From Balanoglossus misakiensis (lineage: Eukaryota; Animalia; Hemichordata), in the NCBI GenBank assembly GCA_040954595.2, contig CM082581.2:1666699-1730698 (forward strand): DNA of 64,000 nucleotides. Direction: 5' to 3'. Shown here one piece after another: positions 12,601-27,600 of the stretch. The translations under genes were made by a program, and so were the position numbers. Under the pieces are notes generated by a model. The model worked only from the letters and a program-made list of their open reading frames with translations. It did not search any database and was not told where the DNA came from. Each line of letters opens with the position of its first letter. The stretch's first letter is position 1.

Positions 12601-15600
12601 TTGAAAAAAATAATGAGTTACGGCTCACGAAAATCGTCCAAAAATGACAATTTTTCGACTTTGCGAACATTCAAAATGTCTTCATTTTTTGAAACAAATC
12701 ATGTGTTACGGCTCACGAAAATCGTCCAAAAATGCCAATTTTTCGACTTTGCAAAAGTGTCCAAAAGTGCCAACTTTTCTACTTTGCGAAAGTTCAAAAT
12801 TTCTTCATTTTTTGAAAAAAATCATGGGTTACCGCTCACGAAAATCGTCTAAAAGTGAACATTTTTTGACTTTGCGAAAGTTCAAAATTTCTGCATTTTT
12901 TGAAAAAAAAAGTGGGTCACGGCTCACGAAATTCGTCCAAAAATGACAATTTTTCTACTTTGCATAAGTTCAAAATTTCTTCATTTTTTGAAAAAAATCT
13001 TGGGTTACGGCTCACGTAAATCGTCCAAAAATTACAATTTTTCGACTTTGCAAAAGTGTCCAAAAATGCCAATATTTCGACTTTGCGAAAGTTCAAAATT
13101 TCTGCATTTTTTGTAAAAAAATCAAGGGTTACGGCTCACGAAAATCGTCCAAAAATGACAATTTTTCGACTTTGCGAAAGTTCAAAATTTCATCATTTTT
13201 TGAAAAAAATCATGGGTTACGGCTCACGAAAATCGTCTAAAAATGACAATTTTTCGACTGCGAAAGTTCAAAATTGCTGCATTTAAAAAAAAAAATCATG
13301 GGTCACGGCTCACGAAAAGCGTCCAAAAATGACAATTTTTCGACTTTGCGAACGTTCAAAATTTCTTCATTTTTTGAAAAGAATCTTGGGTTACGGCTCA
13401 AGAAAATCGTCCAAAAATGACAATTTTTCGACTTTGCGAAAGAACAAAATTTCTTCATTTTTTGAAAAAAAATCTTGCGTTACGGCTCACGAAAATCGTC
13501 CAAAAATGACAATTTTTCTACTTTGCGAAAGTTCAAAGTTTCTTCATTTTTTGAAACAAATCATGGGTTACGGCTCACGAAAATCGTCCAAAAATGCCAA
13601 TTTTTCGACTTTGCAAAAGTGTCCAAAAATGCTAATTTTTCGACTTTGCGAAAATTCAAAATTTCTGCATTTTTTGTAAAAAAATCATGGGTTACGGCTC
13701 ATGAAAATCGTCCAAAAATGACAATTGTTCGACTTTGCGAAAGTTCAAAATTTCTTCATTTTTTAAAAAAAATCATGGGTTACGGCTCACGAAAATCGTC
13801 CAAAAATGACAATTTTTCGACTATGCGAAAGTTCAAAATTTCTGCATTTTTTGAAAAAAATCATGGGTTACGGCTCACGAAAATCGTCCAAAAATGACAA
13901 TTTTTTGACTTTGCGAAAGTTCAAAATTTCTGCATTTTTTGAAAAAAATCATAGGTTACGGCTCACGAAAATCGTCCAAAAATGACAATTTTTCTTCTTT
14001 GCGAAAGTTCAAAATTTCTTCATTTTCTGAAACAAATCATGGGTTACGGCTCACGAAAATCGTCCAAAAATGCCAATATTTCGACTTTGCAAAAGTGTCC
14101 AAAAATGCCAATTTTTAGACTTTGCGAAAGTTCTATATTTCTTCAATTTTTGAAAAAAATCATGGGTTACGGCTCACGAAAATCGTCCAAAAATGAAATT
14201 TTTTCTACTTTGCGAAAGTTCAAAATTTCTGCATTTTTTAAAAAAAAATCATTGGTTACGGCTCACGAAAATCGTCCAAAAATGCCAATTTTTCGACTTT
14301 GCAAAATCGTCCAAAAATTACATTTTTTCGACTTTGCGAACGTTCAAAATTTCTTCATTTTTTGAAAAAAATCTTGGGTTACGGCTCACGAAAATCGTCC
14401 AAAAATGACAATTTTTCGACTTTGCGAAAGTTCAAAGTTTCTGCATTTTTTGAAAAAAATCATGGGTTACGGCTCACGAAAATCGTCCAAAAATGCCAAT
14501 TTTTCGACTTTGCAAAAGTGTCCAAAAATGCCAATTTTTCTACTTTGCGAAAGTTCAAAATTTCTGCATTTTTTGAAAAAAAATCATGGGTTACGGCTCA
14601 TGAAAATCGTTCAAAAAAGACAATTTTTGGACTTTGCGAAAGTACAAAATTTCTGCATTTTTTAAAACAAATCGGGGTTACGGCTCACGAAATTCGTCCA
14701 AATATGACAATTTTTCTACTTTGCGAAAGTTCAAAATTTTCTTCATTTTTTGTAAAAAATCATGGGTTACGGCTCACGAAAATCGTCTAAAAGTGAAAAT
14801 TTTTCGACTTTGCGAAAGTTCAAAATTTCTGCATTTTTTTAAAAAAAGCATGGGTTACGGCTCACGAAAATCGTCCAAAAATTAAAATTTTTCGACTATG
14901 CGAAAGTTCAAAATTTCTGCATTTTTTGAAAAAAATCATGGGTTACGGCTCACGAAAATCGTCCAAAAAAGACAATTTTTCGACTTTGCGTAAGTTCAAA
15001 ATTTCTGCATTTTTTGAAAAAAATCATAGGTTACGGCTCACGAAAATCGTCCAAAAATGACAATTTTTCTACTTTGCGAAAGTTCAAAATTTCTTCATTT
15101 TCTGAAACAAATCATGGGTTACGGCTCACGAAAATCGTCCAAAAATGCCAATTTTTCGACTTTGCAAAAGTGTCCAAAAATGCCAATTTTTAGACTTTGC
15201 GAAAGTTCTATATTTCTTCATTTTTTGAAAAAAATCATGGGTTACGGCTCACGAAAATCGTCCAAAAATGAAAATTTTTCTACTTTGCGAAAGTTCAAAA
15301 TTTCTGCTTTTTTTAAAAAAAATCATTGGTTATGGCTCACGAAAATCGTCCAAAAATGCCAATTTTTCGACTTTGCAAAATCGTCCAAAAATTACATTTT
15401 TTCGACTTTGCGAAAGTTCAAAATTTCTGCATTTTTTGAAAAAAATCATGGGTTACGGCTCACGAAAATCGTCCAAAAATGCCAATTTTTCGACTTTGCA
15501 AAAGTGTCCAAAAATGCCAATTTTTCTACTTTGCGAAAGTTCAAAATTTTTGCATTTTTTGAAAAAAAATCATGGGTTACGGCTCATGAAAATCGTACAA

Positions 15601-18600
15601 AAAAGACAATTTTTGGACTTTGCGAAAGTTCAAAATTTCTGCATTTTTTAAAACAAATCGGGGTTACGGCTCACGAAATTCGTCCAAATATGACAATTTT
15701 TCTACTTTGCGAAAGTTCAAAATTTTCTTCATTTTTTGTAAAAAATAATGGGTTACGGCTGACGAAAATCGTCTAAAAGTGAAAATTTTTCGACTTTGCG
15801 AAAGTTCAAAATTTCTGCATTTCTTGAAAAAAAGCATGGGTTACGGCTCACGAAAATCGTCCAAAAATGACAATTTTTCGACTTTGCATAAGTTCAAAAT
15901 TTCTGCATTTTTTAAAAAAAATCATGGGTCACGGCTCACGAAATTCGTCCAAAAATGACAATTTTTCGACTTTGCATAAGTTCAAAATTTCTTCATTTTC
16001 TGAAAAAAATCATGGGTTACGGCTCACGAAAATCGTCCAAAAATGACAATTTTTCGACTTTGCGAAAGTTCAAAATTTCTGCATTTTTTGAAAATAATCA
16101 TAGGTTACGGCTCACGAAAATCGTCCAAAAATGACAATTTTTCTACTTTGCGAAAGTTCAAAATTTCTTCTTTTTCTGAAACAAATCATGGGTTACGGCT
16201 CACGAAAATCGTCCAAAAATGCCAATTTTTCGACTTTGCAAAATCGTCCAAAAATTACAATTTTTCGACTTTGCGAACGTTCAAAATTTCTTCATTTTTT
16301 TAAAAAAAATCTTGGTACGGCTCACGAAAATCGTCCAAAAATGACAATTTTTCGACTTTGCAAAAGTGTCCAAAAATGCCAATTTTTCTACTTTGCGAAA
16401 GTTCAAAATTTCTACATTTTTTGAAAAAAAATCATGGGTTACGGCTCATGAAAATCGTTCAAAAAAGACAATTTTTGGACTTTGCGAAAGTTCAAAATTT
16501 CTGCATTTTTTAAAACAAATCGGGGTTACGGCTCACGAAATTCGTCCAAATATGACAATTTTTCTAGTTTGCGAAAGTTCAAAATTTTCTTCATTTTTTT
16601 GTAAAAAATCATGGGTTACGGCTCCCGAAAATTGTCTAAAAGTGAAAATTTTTCGACTTTGCGAAAGTTCAAAATTTCTGCATTTTTTGAAAAAAATCAT
16701 GGGTCACGGCTCACGAAATTCGTCCAAAAATGACAATTTTTCGACTTTGCATAAGTTCAAAATTTCTTCATTTTTTGAAAAAAATCATGGGTTACGGCTC
16801 ACGAAAATCGTCCAAAAATTACAATTTTTCGACTATGCGAAAGTTCAAAATTTCTGCATTTTTTGAAAAAAATCATGGGTTACGGCTCACGAAAATCGTC
16901 CAAAAATGACAATTTTTCGACTTTGCGAAAGTTAAAAATTTCTGCATTTTTTGAAAAAAATCATAGGTTACGGCTCACGAAAATCGTCCAAAAATGACAA
17001 TTTTTCTACTTTGCGAAAGTTCAAAATTTCTTTATTTTCTGAAACAAATCATGGGTTACGGCTCACGAAAATCGTCCAAAAATGCCAATTTTTCGACTTT
17101 GCAAAAGTGTCCAAAAATGCCAATTTTTAGACTTTGCGAAAGTTCTATATTTCTTCATTTTTTGAAAAAAATCATGGGTTACGGCTCACGAAAATCGTCC
17201 AAAAATGAAAATTTTTCTACTTTGCGAAAGTTCAAAATTTCTGCATTTTTAAAAAAAAATCATTGGTTATGGCTCACGAAAATCGTCCAAAAATGCCAAT
17301 TTTTCGACTTTGCAAAATCGTCCAAAAATTACATTTTTTCGACTTTGCGAACGTTCAAAATTTCTTCATTTTTTGAAAAAAATCTTGGGTTACGGCTCAC
17401 GAAAATCGTCCAAAAATGACAATTTTTCGACTTTGCGAAAGTTCAAAATTACTGCATTTTTTGAAAAAAATCATGGGTTACGGCTCACGAAAATCGTCCA
17501 AAAATGCCAATTTTTCGACTTTGCAAAAGTGTCCAAAAATGCCAATTTTTCTACTTTGCGAAAGTTCAAAATTTTTGCATTTTTTGAAAAAAAATCATGA
17601 GTTACGGCTCATGAAAATCGTTCAAAAAAGACAATTTTTGGACTTTGCGAAAGTTCAAAATTTCTGCATTTTTTAAAACAAATCGGGGTTACGGCTCACG
17701 AAATTCGTCCAAATATGACAATTTTTCTACTTTGCGAAAGTTCAAAATTTTCTTCATTTTTTGTAAAAAATCATGGGTTACGGCTCACGAAAATCGTCTA
17801 AAAGTGAAAATTTTTCGACTTTGCGAAAGTTCAAAATTTCTGCATTTTTTGAAAAAAAGCATGGGTTACGGCTCACGAAAATCGTCCAAAAATGACAATT
17901 TTTCGACTTTGCATAAGTTCAAAATTTCTGCATTTTTTGAAAAAAATCATGGGTCACGGCTCACGAAATTCGTCCAAAATGACAATTTTTCGACTTTGCA
18001 TAAGTTCAAAATTTCTTCATTTTCTGAAAAAAATCATGGGTTACGGCTCACGAAAATCGTCCAAAAATTACAATTTTTCGACTATGCGAAAGTTCAAAAT
18101 TTCTGCATTTTTTGAAAAAAATCATGGGTTACGGCTCACGAAAATCGTCCAAAAATAACAATTTTTCGACTTTGCGAAAGTTCAAAATTTCTGCATTTTT
18201 TGAAAAAAATCATAGGTTACGGCTCACGAAAATCGTCCAAAAATGACAATTTTTCTACTTTGCGAAAGTTCAAAATTTCTTCATTTTCTGAAACAAATCA
18301 TGGGGTACGGCTCACGAAAATCGTCCAAAAATGCCAATATTTCGACTTTGCAAAATCGTCCAAAAATTACAATTTTTCGACTTTGCGAACGTTCAAAATT
18401 TCTTCATTTTTTGAAAAAAAATCTTGGTACGGCTCACGAAAATCGTCCAAAAATGACAATTTTTCGACTTTGCAAAAGTGTCCAAAAATGCCAATTTTTC
18501 TACTTTGCGAAAGTTAAAAATTTCTACATTTTTTGAAAAAAAATCATGGGTTACGGCTCATGAAAATCGTTCAAAAAAGACAATTTTTGGACTTTGCGAA

Positions 18601-21600
18601 AGTTCAAAATTTCTGCATTTTTTAAAACAAATCGGGGTTACGGCTCACGAAATTCGTCCAAATATGACAATTTTTCTAGTTTGCGAAAGTTCAAAATTTT
18701 CTTCATTTTTTTGTAAAAAATCATGGGTTACGGCTCCCGAAAATCGTCTAAAAGTGAAAATTTTTCGACTTTGCGAAAGTTCAAAATTTCTGCATTTTTT
18801 GAAAAAAAAAGCACGGGTTACGGCTCACGAAAATCGTCCAAAAATGACAATTTTTCGACTTTGCATAAGTTCAAAATTTCTGCATTTTTTGAAAAAAATC
18901 ATGGGTCACGGCTCACGAAATTCGTCCAAAAATGACAATTTTTCGACTTTGCATAAGTTCAAAATTTCTTCATTTTTTGAAAAAAATCTTGGGTTACGGC
19001 TCACGAAAATCGTCCAAAAATTACAATTTTTCGACTTTGCAAAAGTTCAAAATTTCTGCATTTTTTGAAAAAAATCATGGGTCACGGCTCACGAAAATCG
19101 TCCAAAAATGAAAATTTTTCGACTTTGCGAAAGTTCAAAATTTCTGCATTTTTTTTGAAAAAAATAATGAGTTACGGCTCACGAAAATCGTCCAAAAATG
19201 ACAATTTTTCGACTTTGCGAACATTCAAAATGTCTTCATTTTTTGAAACAAATCATGTGTTACGGCTCACGAAAATCGTCCAAAAATGCCAATTTTTCGA
19301 CTTTGCAAAAGTGTCCAAAAGTGCCAACTTTTCTACTTCGCGAAAGTTCAAAATTTCTTCATTTTTTGAAAAAAATCATGGGTTACCGCTCACGAAAATC
19401 GTCTAAAAGTGAACATTTTTTGACTTTGCGAAAGTTCAAAATTTCTGCATTTTTTGAAAAAAAAAGTGGGTCACGGCTCACGAAATTCGTCCAAAAATGA
19501 CAATTTTTCTACTTTGCATAAGTTCAAAATTTCTTCATTTTTTGAAAAAAATCTTGGGTTACGGCTCACGTAAATCGTCCAAAAATTACAATTTTTCGAC
19601 TTTGCAAAAGTGTCCAAAAATGCCAATATTTCGACTTTGCGAAAGTTCAAAATTTCTGCATTTTTTGTAAAAAAATCAAGGGTTACGGCTCACGAAAATC
19701 GTCCAAAAATGACAATTTTTCGACTTTGCGAAAGTTCAAAATTTCATCATTTTTTGAAAAAAATCATGGGTTACGGCTCACGAAAATCGTCTAAAAATGA
19801 CAATTTTTCTACTGCGAAAGTTCAAAATTGCTGCATTTAAAAAAAAAAAATCATGGGTCACGGCTCACGAAAAGCGTCCAAAAATGACAATTTTTCGACT
19901 TTGCGAACGTTCAAAATTTCTTCATTTTTTGAAAAGAATCTTGGGTTACGGCTCAAGAAAATCGTCCAAAAATGACAATTTTTCGACTTTGCGAAAGAAC
20001 AAAATTTCTTCATTTTTTGAAAAAAAATCTTGCGTTACGGCTCACGAAAATCGTCCAAAAATGACAATTTTTCTACTTTGCGAAAGTTCAAAGTTTCTTC
20101 ATTTTTTGAAACAAATCATGGGTTACGGCTCACGAAAATCGTCCAAAAATGCCAATTTTTCGACTTTGCAAAAGTGTCCAAAAATGCTAATTTTTCGACT
20201 TTGCGAAAATTCAAAATTTCTGCATTTTTTGTAAAAAAATCATGGGTTACGGCTCATGAAAATCGTCCAAAAATGACAATTGTTCGACTTTGCGAAAGTT
20301 CAAAATTTCTTCATTTTTTAAAAAAAATCATGGGTTACGGCTCACGAAAATCGTCCAAAAATGACAATTTTTCGACTATGCGAAAGTTCAAAATTTCTGC
20401 ATTTTTTGAAAAAAATCATGGGTTACGGCTCACGAAAATCGTCCAAAAATGACAATTTTTTGACTTTGCGAAAGTTCAAAATTTCTGCATTTTTTGAAAA
20501 AAATCATAGGTTACGGCTCACGAAAATCGTCCAAAAATGACAATTTTTCTTCTTTGCGAAAGTTCAAAATTTCTTCATTTTCTGAAACAAATCATGGGTT
20601 ACGGCTCACGAAAATCGTCCAAAAATGCCAATATTTCGACTTTGCAAAAGTGTCCAAAAATGCCAATTTTTAGACTTTGCGAAAGTTCTATATTTCTTCA
20701 ATTTTTGAAAAAAATCATGGGTTACGGCTCACGAAAATCGTCCAAAAATGAAATTTTTTCTACTTTGCGAAAGTTCAAAATTTCTGCATTTTTTAAAAAA
20801 AAATCATTGGTTACGGCTCACGAAAATCGTCCAAAAATGCCAATTTTTCGACTTTGCAAAATCGTCCAAAAATTACATTTTTTCGACTTTGCGAACGTTC
20901 AAAATTTCTTCATTTTTTGAAAAAAATCTTGGGTTACGGCTCACGAAAATCGTCCAAAAATGACAATTTTTCGACTTTGCGAAAGTTCAAAATTTCTGCA
21001 TTTTTTAAAAAAAAATCATTGGTTACGGCTCACGAAAATCGTCCAAAAATGCCAATTTTTCGACTTTGCAAAATCGTCCAAAAATTACATTTTTTCTACT
21101 TTGCGAAAGTTCAAAATTTCTGCATTTTTTGAAAAAAAATCATGGGTTACGGCTCATGAAAATCGTTCAAAAAAGACAATTTTTGGACTTTGCGAAAGTA
21201 CAAAATTTCTGCATTTTTTAAAACAAATCGGGGTTACGGCTCACGAAATTCGTCCAAATATGACAATTTTTCTACTTTGCGAAAGTTCAAAATTTTCTTC
21301 ATTTTTTGTAAAAAATCATGGGTTACGGCTCACGAAAATCGTCTAAAAGTGAAAATTTTTCGACTTTGCGAAAGTTCAAAATTTCTGCATTTTTTTAAAA
21401 AAAGCATGGGTTACGGCTCACGAAAATCGTCCAAAAATTAAAATTTTTCGACTATGCGAAAGTTCAAAATTTCTGCATTTTTTGAAAAAAATCATGGGTT
21501 ACGGCTCACGAAAATCGTCCAAAAAAGACAATTTTTCGACTTTGCGTAAGTTCAAAATTTCTGCATTTTTTGAAAAAAATCATAGGTTACGGCTCACGAA

Positions 21601-24600
21601 AATCGTCCAAAAATGACAATTTTTCTACTTTGCGAAAGTTCAAAATTTCTTCATTTTCTGAAACAAATCATGGGTTACGGCTCACGAAAATCGTCCAAAA
21701 ATGCCAATTTTTCGACTTTGCAAAAGTGTCCAAAAATGCCAATTTTTAGACTTTGCGAAAGTTCTATATTTCTTCATTTTTTGAAAAAAATCATGGGTTA
21801 CGGCTCACGAAAATCGTCCAAAAATGAAAATTTTTCTACTTTGCGAAAGTTCAAAATTTCTGCTTTTTTTAAAAAAAATCATTGGTTATGGCTCACGAAA
21901 ATCGTCCAAAAATGCCAATTTTTCGACTTTGCAAAATCGTCCAAAAATTACATTTTTTCGACTTTGCGAAAGTTCAAAATTTCTGCATTTTTTGAAAAAA
22001 ATCATGGGTTACGGCTCACGAAAATCGTCCAAAAATGCCAATTTTTCGACTTTGCAAAAGTGTCCAAAAATGCCAATTTTTCTACTTTGCGAAAGTTCAA
22101 AATTTTTGCATTTTTTGAAAAAAAATCATGGGTTACGGCTCATGAAAATCGTACAAAAAAGACAATTTTTGGACTTTGCGAAAGTTCAAAATTTCTGCAT
22201 TTTTTAAAACAAATCGGGGTTACGGCTCACGAAATTCGTCCAAATATGACAATTTTTCGACTTTGCGAAAGTTCAAAATTTCTGCATTTTTTAAAAAAAA
22301 TAATGGGTTACGGCTGACGAAAATCGTCCAAAAATTAAAATTTTTCGACTTTGCGAAAGTTCAAAATTTCTGCATTTTTTGAAAAAAATCATGGGTTACG
22401 GCTCACGAAAATCGTCCAAAAAAGACAATTTTTCGACTTTGCGTAAGTTCAAAATTTCTGCATTTTTTGAAAAAAATCATAGGTTACGGCTCACGAAAAT
22501 CGTCCAAAAATGACAATTTTTCTACTTTGCGAAAGTTCAAAATTTCTTCATTTTCTGAAACAAATCATGGGTTACGGCTCACGAAAATCGTCCAAAAATG
22601 CCAATTTTTCGACTTTGCAAAAGTGTCCAAAAATGCCAATTTTTAGACTTTGCGAAAGTTCTATATTTCTTCATTTTTTGAAAAAAATCATGGGTTACGG
22701 CTCACGAAAATCGTCCAAAAATGAAAATTTTTCTACTTTGCGAAAGTTCAAAATTTCTGCTTTTTTTAAAAAAAATCATTGGTTATGGCTCACGAAAATC
22801 GTCCAAAAATGCCAATTTTTCGACTTTGCAAAATCGTCCAAAAATTACATTTTTTCGACTTTGCGAAAGTTCAAAATTTCTGCATTTTTTGAAAAAAATC
22901 ATGGGTTACGGCTCACGAAAATCGTCCAAAAATGCCAATTTTTCGACTTTGCAAAAGTGTCCAAAAATGCCAATTTTTCTACTTTGCGAAAGTTCAAAAT
23001 TTTTGCATTTTTTGAAAAAAAATCATGGGTTACGGCTCATGAAAATCGTACAAAAAAGACAATTTTTGGACTTTGCGAAAGTTCAAAATTTCTGCATTTT
23101 TTAAAACAAATCGGGGTTACGGCTCACGAAATTCGTCCAAATATGACAATTTTTCTACTTTGCGAAAGTTCAAAATTTTCTTCATTTTTTGTAAAAAATA
23201 ATGGGTTACGGCTGACGAAAATCGTCTAAAAGTGAAAATTTTTCGACTTTGCGAAAGTTCAAAATTTCTGCATTTCTTGAAAAAAAGCATGGGTTACGGC
23301 TCACGAAAATCGTCCAAAAATGACAATTTTTCGACTTTGCATAAGTTCAAAATTTCTGCATTTTTTAAAAAAAATCATGGGTCACGGCTCACGAAATTCG
23401 TCCAAAAATGACAATTTTTCGACTTTGCATAAGTTCAAAATTTCTTCATTTTCTGAAAAAAATCATGGGTTACGGCTCACGAAAATCGTCCAAAAATGAC
23501 AATTTTTCGACTTTGCGAAAGTTCAAAATTTCTGCATTTTTTGAAAATAATCATAGGTTACGGCTCACGAAAATCGTCCAAAAATGACAATTTTTCGACT
23601 TTGCAAAATCGTCCAAAAATTACAATTTTTCGACTTTGCGAACGTTCAAAATTTCTTCTTTTTCTGAAACAAATCATGGGTTACGGCTCACGAAAATCGT
23701 CCAAAAATGCCAATTTTTCGACTTTGCAAAATCGTCCAAAAATTACAATTTTTCGACTTTGCGAACGTTCAAAATTTCTTCATTTTTTGAAAAAAAATCT
23801 TGGTACGGCTCACGAAAATCGTCCAAAAATGACAATTTTTCGACTTTGCGAAAGTTCAAAATTTCTGCATTTTTTGAAAAAAATCATGGGTTACGGCTCA
23901 CGAAAATCGTCCAAAAATGCCAAATTTTCGACTTTGCAAAAGTGTCCAAAAATGCCAATTTTTCTACTTTGCGAAAGTTCAAAATTTCTGCATTTTTTGA
24001 AAAAAAATCATGGGTTACGGCTCATGAAAATCGTTCAAAAAAGACAATTTTTGGACTTTGCGAAAGTTCAAAATTTCTGCATTTTTTAAAACAAATCGGG
24101 GTTACGGCTCACGAAATTCGTCCAAATATGACAATTTTTCTAGTTTGCGAAAGTTCAAAATTTTCTTCATTTTTTTGTTAAAAATCATGGGTTACGGCTC
24201 ACGAAAATCGTCTACAAGTGAAAATTTGTCGACTTTGCGAAAGTTCAAAATTTCTGCATTTTTTGAAAAAAAAGCACGGGTTACGGCTCACGAAAATCGT
24301 CCAAAAATGACAATTTTTCGACTTTGCATAAGTTCAAAATTTCTTCATTTTTTGAAAAAAATCTTGGGTTACGGCTCACGAAAATCGTCCAAAAATTACA
24401 ATTTTTCGACTTTGCAAAAGTTCAAAATTTCTGCATTTTTTGAAAGAAATCATGGGTCACGGCTCACGAAAATCGTCCAAAAATGAAAATTTTTCGACTT
24501 TGCAAAAGTTCAAAATTTCTGCATTTTTTGAAAAAAATCATGGGTCACGGCTCACGAAAATCGTCCAAAAATGACAATTTTTCGACTTTGCGAAAGTTCA

Positions 24601-27600
24601 AAATTTCTGCATTTTTTTTGAAAAAAATAATGGGTTACGGCTCACGAAAATCGTCCAAAAATGCAAATTTTTCGACTTTGCGAAAGTTCAAAATTTCTTC
24701 ATTTTTTGAAAAAAATCTTGGGTTACGGCTCACGCAAATCGTCCAAAAATGACAATTTTTCTACTTTGCGAAAGTTCAAAATTTCTTCATTTTCTGAAAC
24801 AAATCATGGGTTACGGCTCACGAAAATCGTCCAAAAATGCAAATTTTTCGACTTTGCAAAAGTTCAAAATTTCTTCATTTTCTGAAACAAATCATGGGTT
24901 ACGGCTCACGAAAATCGTCCAAAAATGCCAATTTTTCGACTTTGCAAAAGTGTCCAAAAATGCCAATTTTTAGACTTTGCGAAAGTTCTATATTTCTTCA
25001 TTTTTTGAAAAAAATCATGGGTTACGGCTCACGAAAATCGTCCAAAAATGAAAATTTTTCTACTTTGCGAAAGTTCAAAATTTCTGCATTTTTTAAAAAA
25101 AATCATTGGTTATGGCTCACGAAAATCGTCCAAAAATGCCAATTTTTCGACTTTGCAAAATCGTCCAAAAATTACATTTTTTCGACTTTGCGAAAGTTCA
25201 AAATTTCTGCATTTTTTGAAAAAAATCATGGGTTACGGCTCACGAAAATCGTCCAAAAATGCCAATTTTTCGACTTTGCAAAAGTGTCCAAAAATGCCAA
25301 TTTTTCTACTTTGCGAAAGTTCAAAATTTTTGCATTTTTTGAAAAAAAATCATGGGTTACGGCTCATGAAAATCGTACAAAAAAGACAATTTTTGGACTT
25401 TGCGAAAGTTCAAAATTTCTGCATTTTTTAAAACAAATCGGGGTTACGGCTCACGAAATTCGTCCAAATATGACAATTTTTCTACTTTGCGAAAGTTCAA
25501 AATTTTCTTCATTTTTTGTAAAAAATAATGGGTTACGGCTCACGAAAATCGTCCAAAAATGACAATTTTTCGACTTTGCAAAAGTGTCCAAAAATGCCAA
25601 TTTTTCTACTTTGCGAAAGTTCAAAATTTTTGCATTTTTTGAAAAAAAATCATGGGTTACGGCTCATGAAAATCGTACAAAAAAGACAATTTTTGGACTT
25701 TGCGAAAGTTCAAAATTTCTGCATTTTTTAAAACAAATCGGGGTTACGGCTCACGAAATTCGTCCAAATATGACAATTTTTCTACTTTGCGAAAGTTCAA
25801 AATTTTCTTCATTTTTTGTAAAAAATAATGGGTTACGGCTCACGAAAATCGTCCAAAAATGACAATTTTTCGACTTTGCATAAGTTCAAAATTTCTGCAT
25901 TTTTTTAAAAAAATCATGGGTCACGGCTCACGAAATTCGTCCAAAAATGACAATTTTTCGACTTTGCATAAGTTCAAAATTTCTTCATTTTCTGAAAAAA
26001 ATCATGGGTTACGGCTCACGAAAATCGTCCAAAAATGACAATTTTTCGACTTTGCGAAAGTTCAAAATTTCTGCATTTTTTGAAAAAAATCATAGGTTAC
26101 GGCTCACGAAAATCGTCCAAAAATGCCAATTTTTCGACTTTGCAAAATCGTCCAAAAATTACAATTTTTCGACTTTGCGAACGTTCAAAATTTCTTCATT
26201 TTTTGAAAAAAAATCTTGGTACGGCTCACGAAAATCGTCCAAAAATGACAATTTTTCGACTTTGCGAAAGTTCAAAATTTCTGCATTTTTTGAAAAAAAT
26301 CATGGGTTACGGCTCACGAAAATCGTCCAAAAATGCCAAATTTTCGACTTTGCAAAAGTGTCCAAAAATGCCAATTTTTCTACTTTGCGAAAGTTTAAAA
26401 TTTCTGCATTTTTTGAAAAAAAATCATGGGTTACGGATCATGAAAATCGTTCAAAAAAGACAATTTTTGGACTTTGCGAAAGTTCAAAATTTCTGCATTT
26501 TTTAAAACAAATCGGGGTTACGGCTCACGAAATTCGTCCAAATATGACAATTTTTCTAGTTTGCGAAAGTTCAAAATTTTCTTCATTTTTTTGTTAAAAA
26601 TCATGGGTTACGGCTCACGAAAATCGTCTACAAGTGAAAATTTTTCGACTTTGCGAAAGTTCAAAATTTCTGCTTTTTTTGAAAAAAAAGCACGGGTTAC
26701 GGCTCACGAAAATCGTCCAAAAATGACAATTTTTCGACTTTGCATAAGTTCAAAATTTCTTCATTTTTTGAAAAAAATCTTGGGTTACGGCTCACGAAAA
26801 TCGTCCAAAAATTACAATTTTTCGACTTTGCAAAAGTTCAAAATTTCTGCATTTTTTGAAAGAAATCATGGGTCACGGATCACGAAAATCGTCCAAAAAT
26901 GAAAATTTTTCGACTTTGCAAAAGTTCAAAATTTCTGCATTTTTTGAAAAAAATCATGGGTCACGGCTCACGAAAATCGTCCAAAAATGACAATTTTTCG
27001 ACTTTGCGAAAGTTCAAAATTTCTGCATTTTTTTTGAAAAAAATAATGGGTTACGGCTCACGAAAATCGTCCAAAAATGCCAATTTTTCGACTTTGCGAA
27101 AGTTCAAAATTTCTTCATTTTTTGAAAAAAATCTTGGGTTACGGCTCACGAAAATCGTCCAAAAATGACAATTTTTCTACTTCGCGAAAGTTCAAAATTT
27201 CTTCATTTTCTGAAACAAATCATGGGTTACGGCTCACGAAAATCGTCCAAAAATGCCAATTTTTCGACTTTGCAAAAGTTCAAAATTTCTTCATTTTCTG
27301 AAACAAATCATGGGTTACGGCTCACGAAAATCGTCCAAAAATGCCAATTTTTCGACTTTGCAAAAGTGTCCAAAAATGCCAATTTTTAGACTTTGCGAAA
27401 GTTCTATATTTCTTCATTTTTTGAAAAAAATCATGGGTTACGGCTCACGAAAATCTTCCAAAAATGCCAATTTTTCGACTTTGCTAAAGTTCAAAATTTA
27501 TGCATTTTTTGAAAAAAATCATGGGTCACGGCTCACGAAAATCGTCCAAAAATGACAATTTTTCGACTTTGCAAAAGTTCAAAATTTCTGCATTTTTTGA

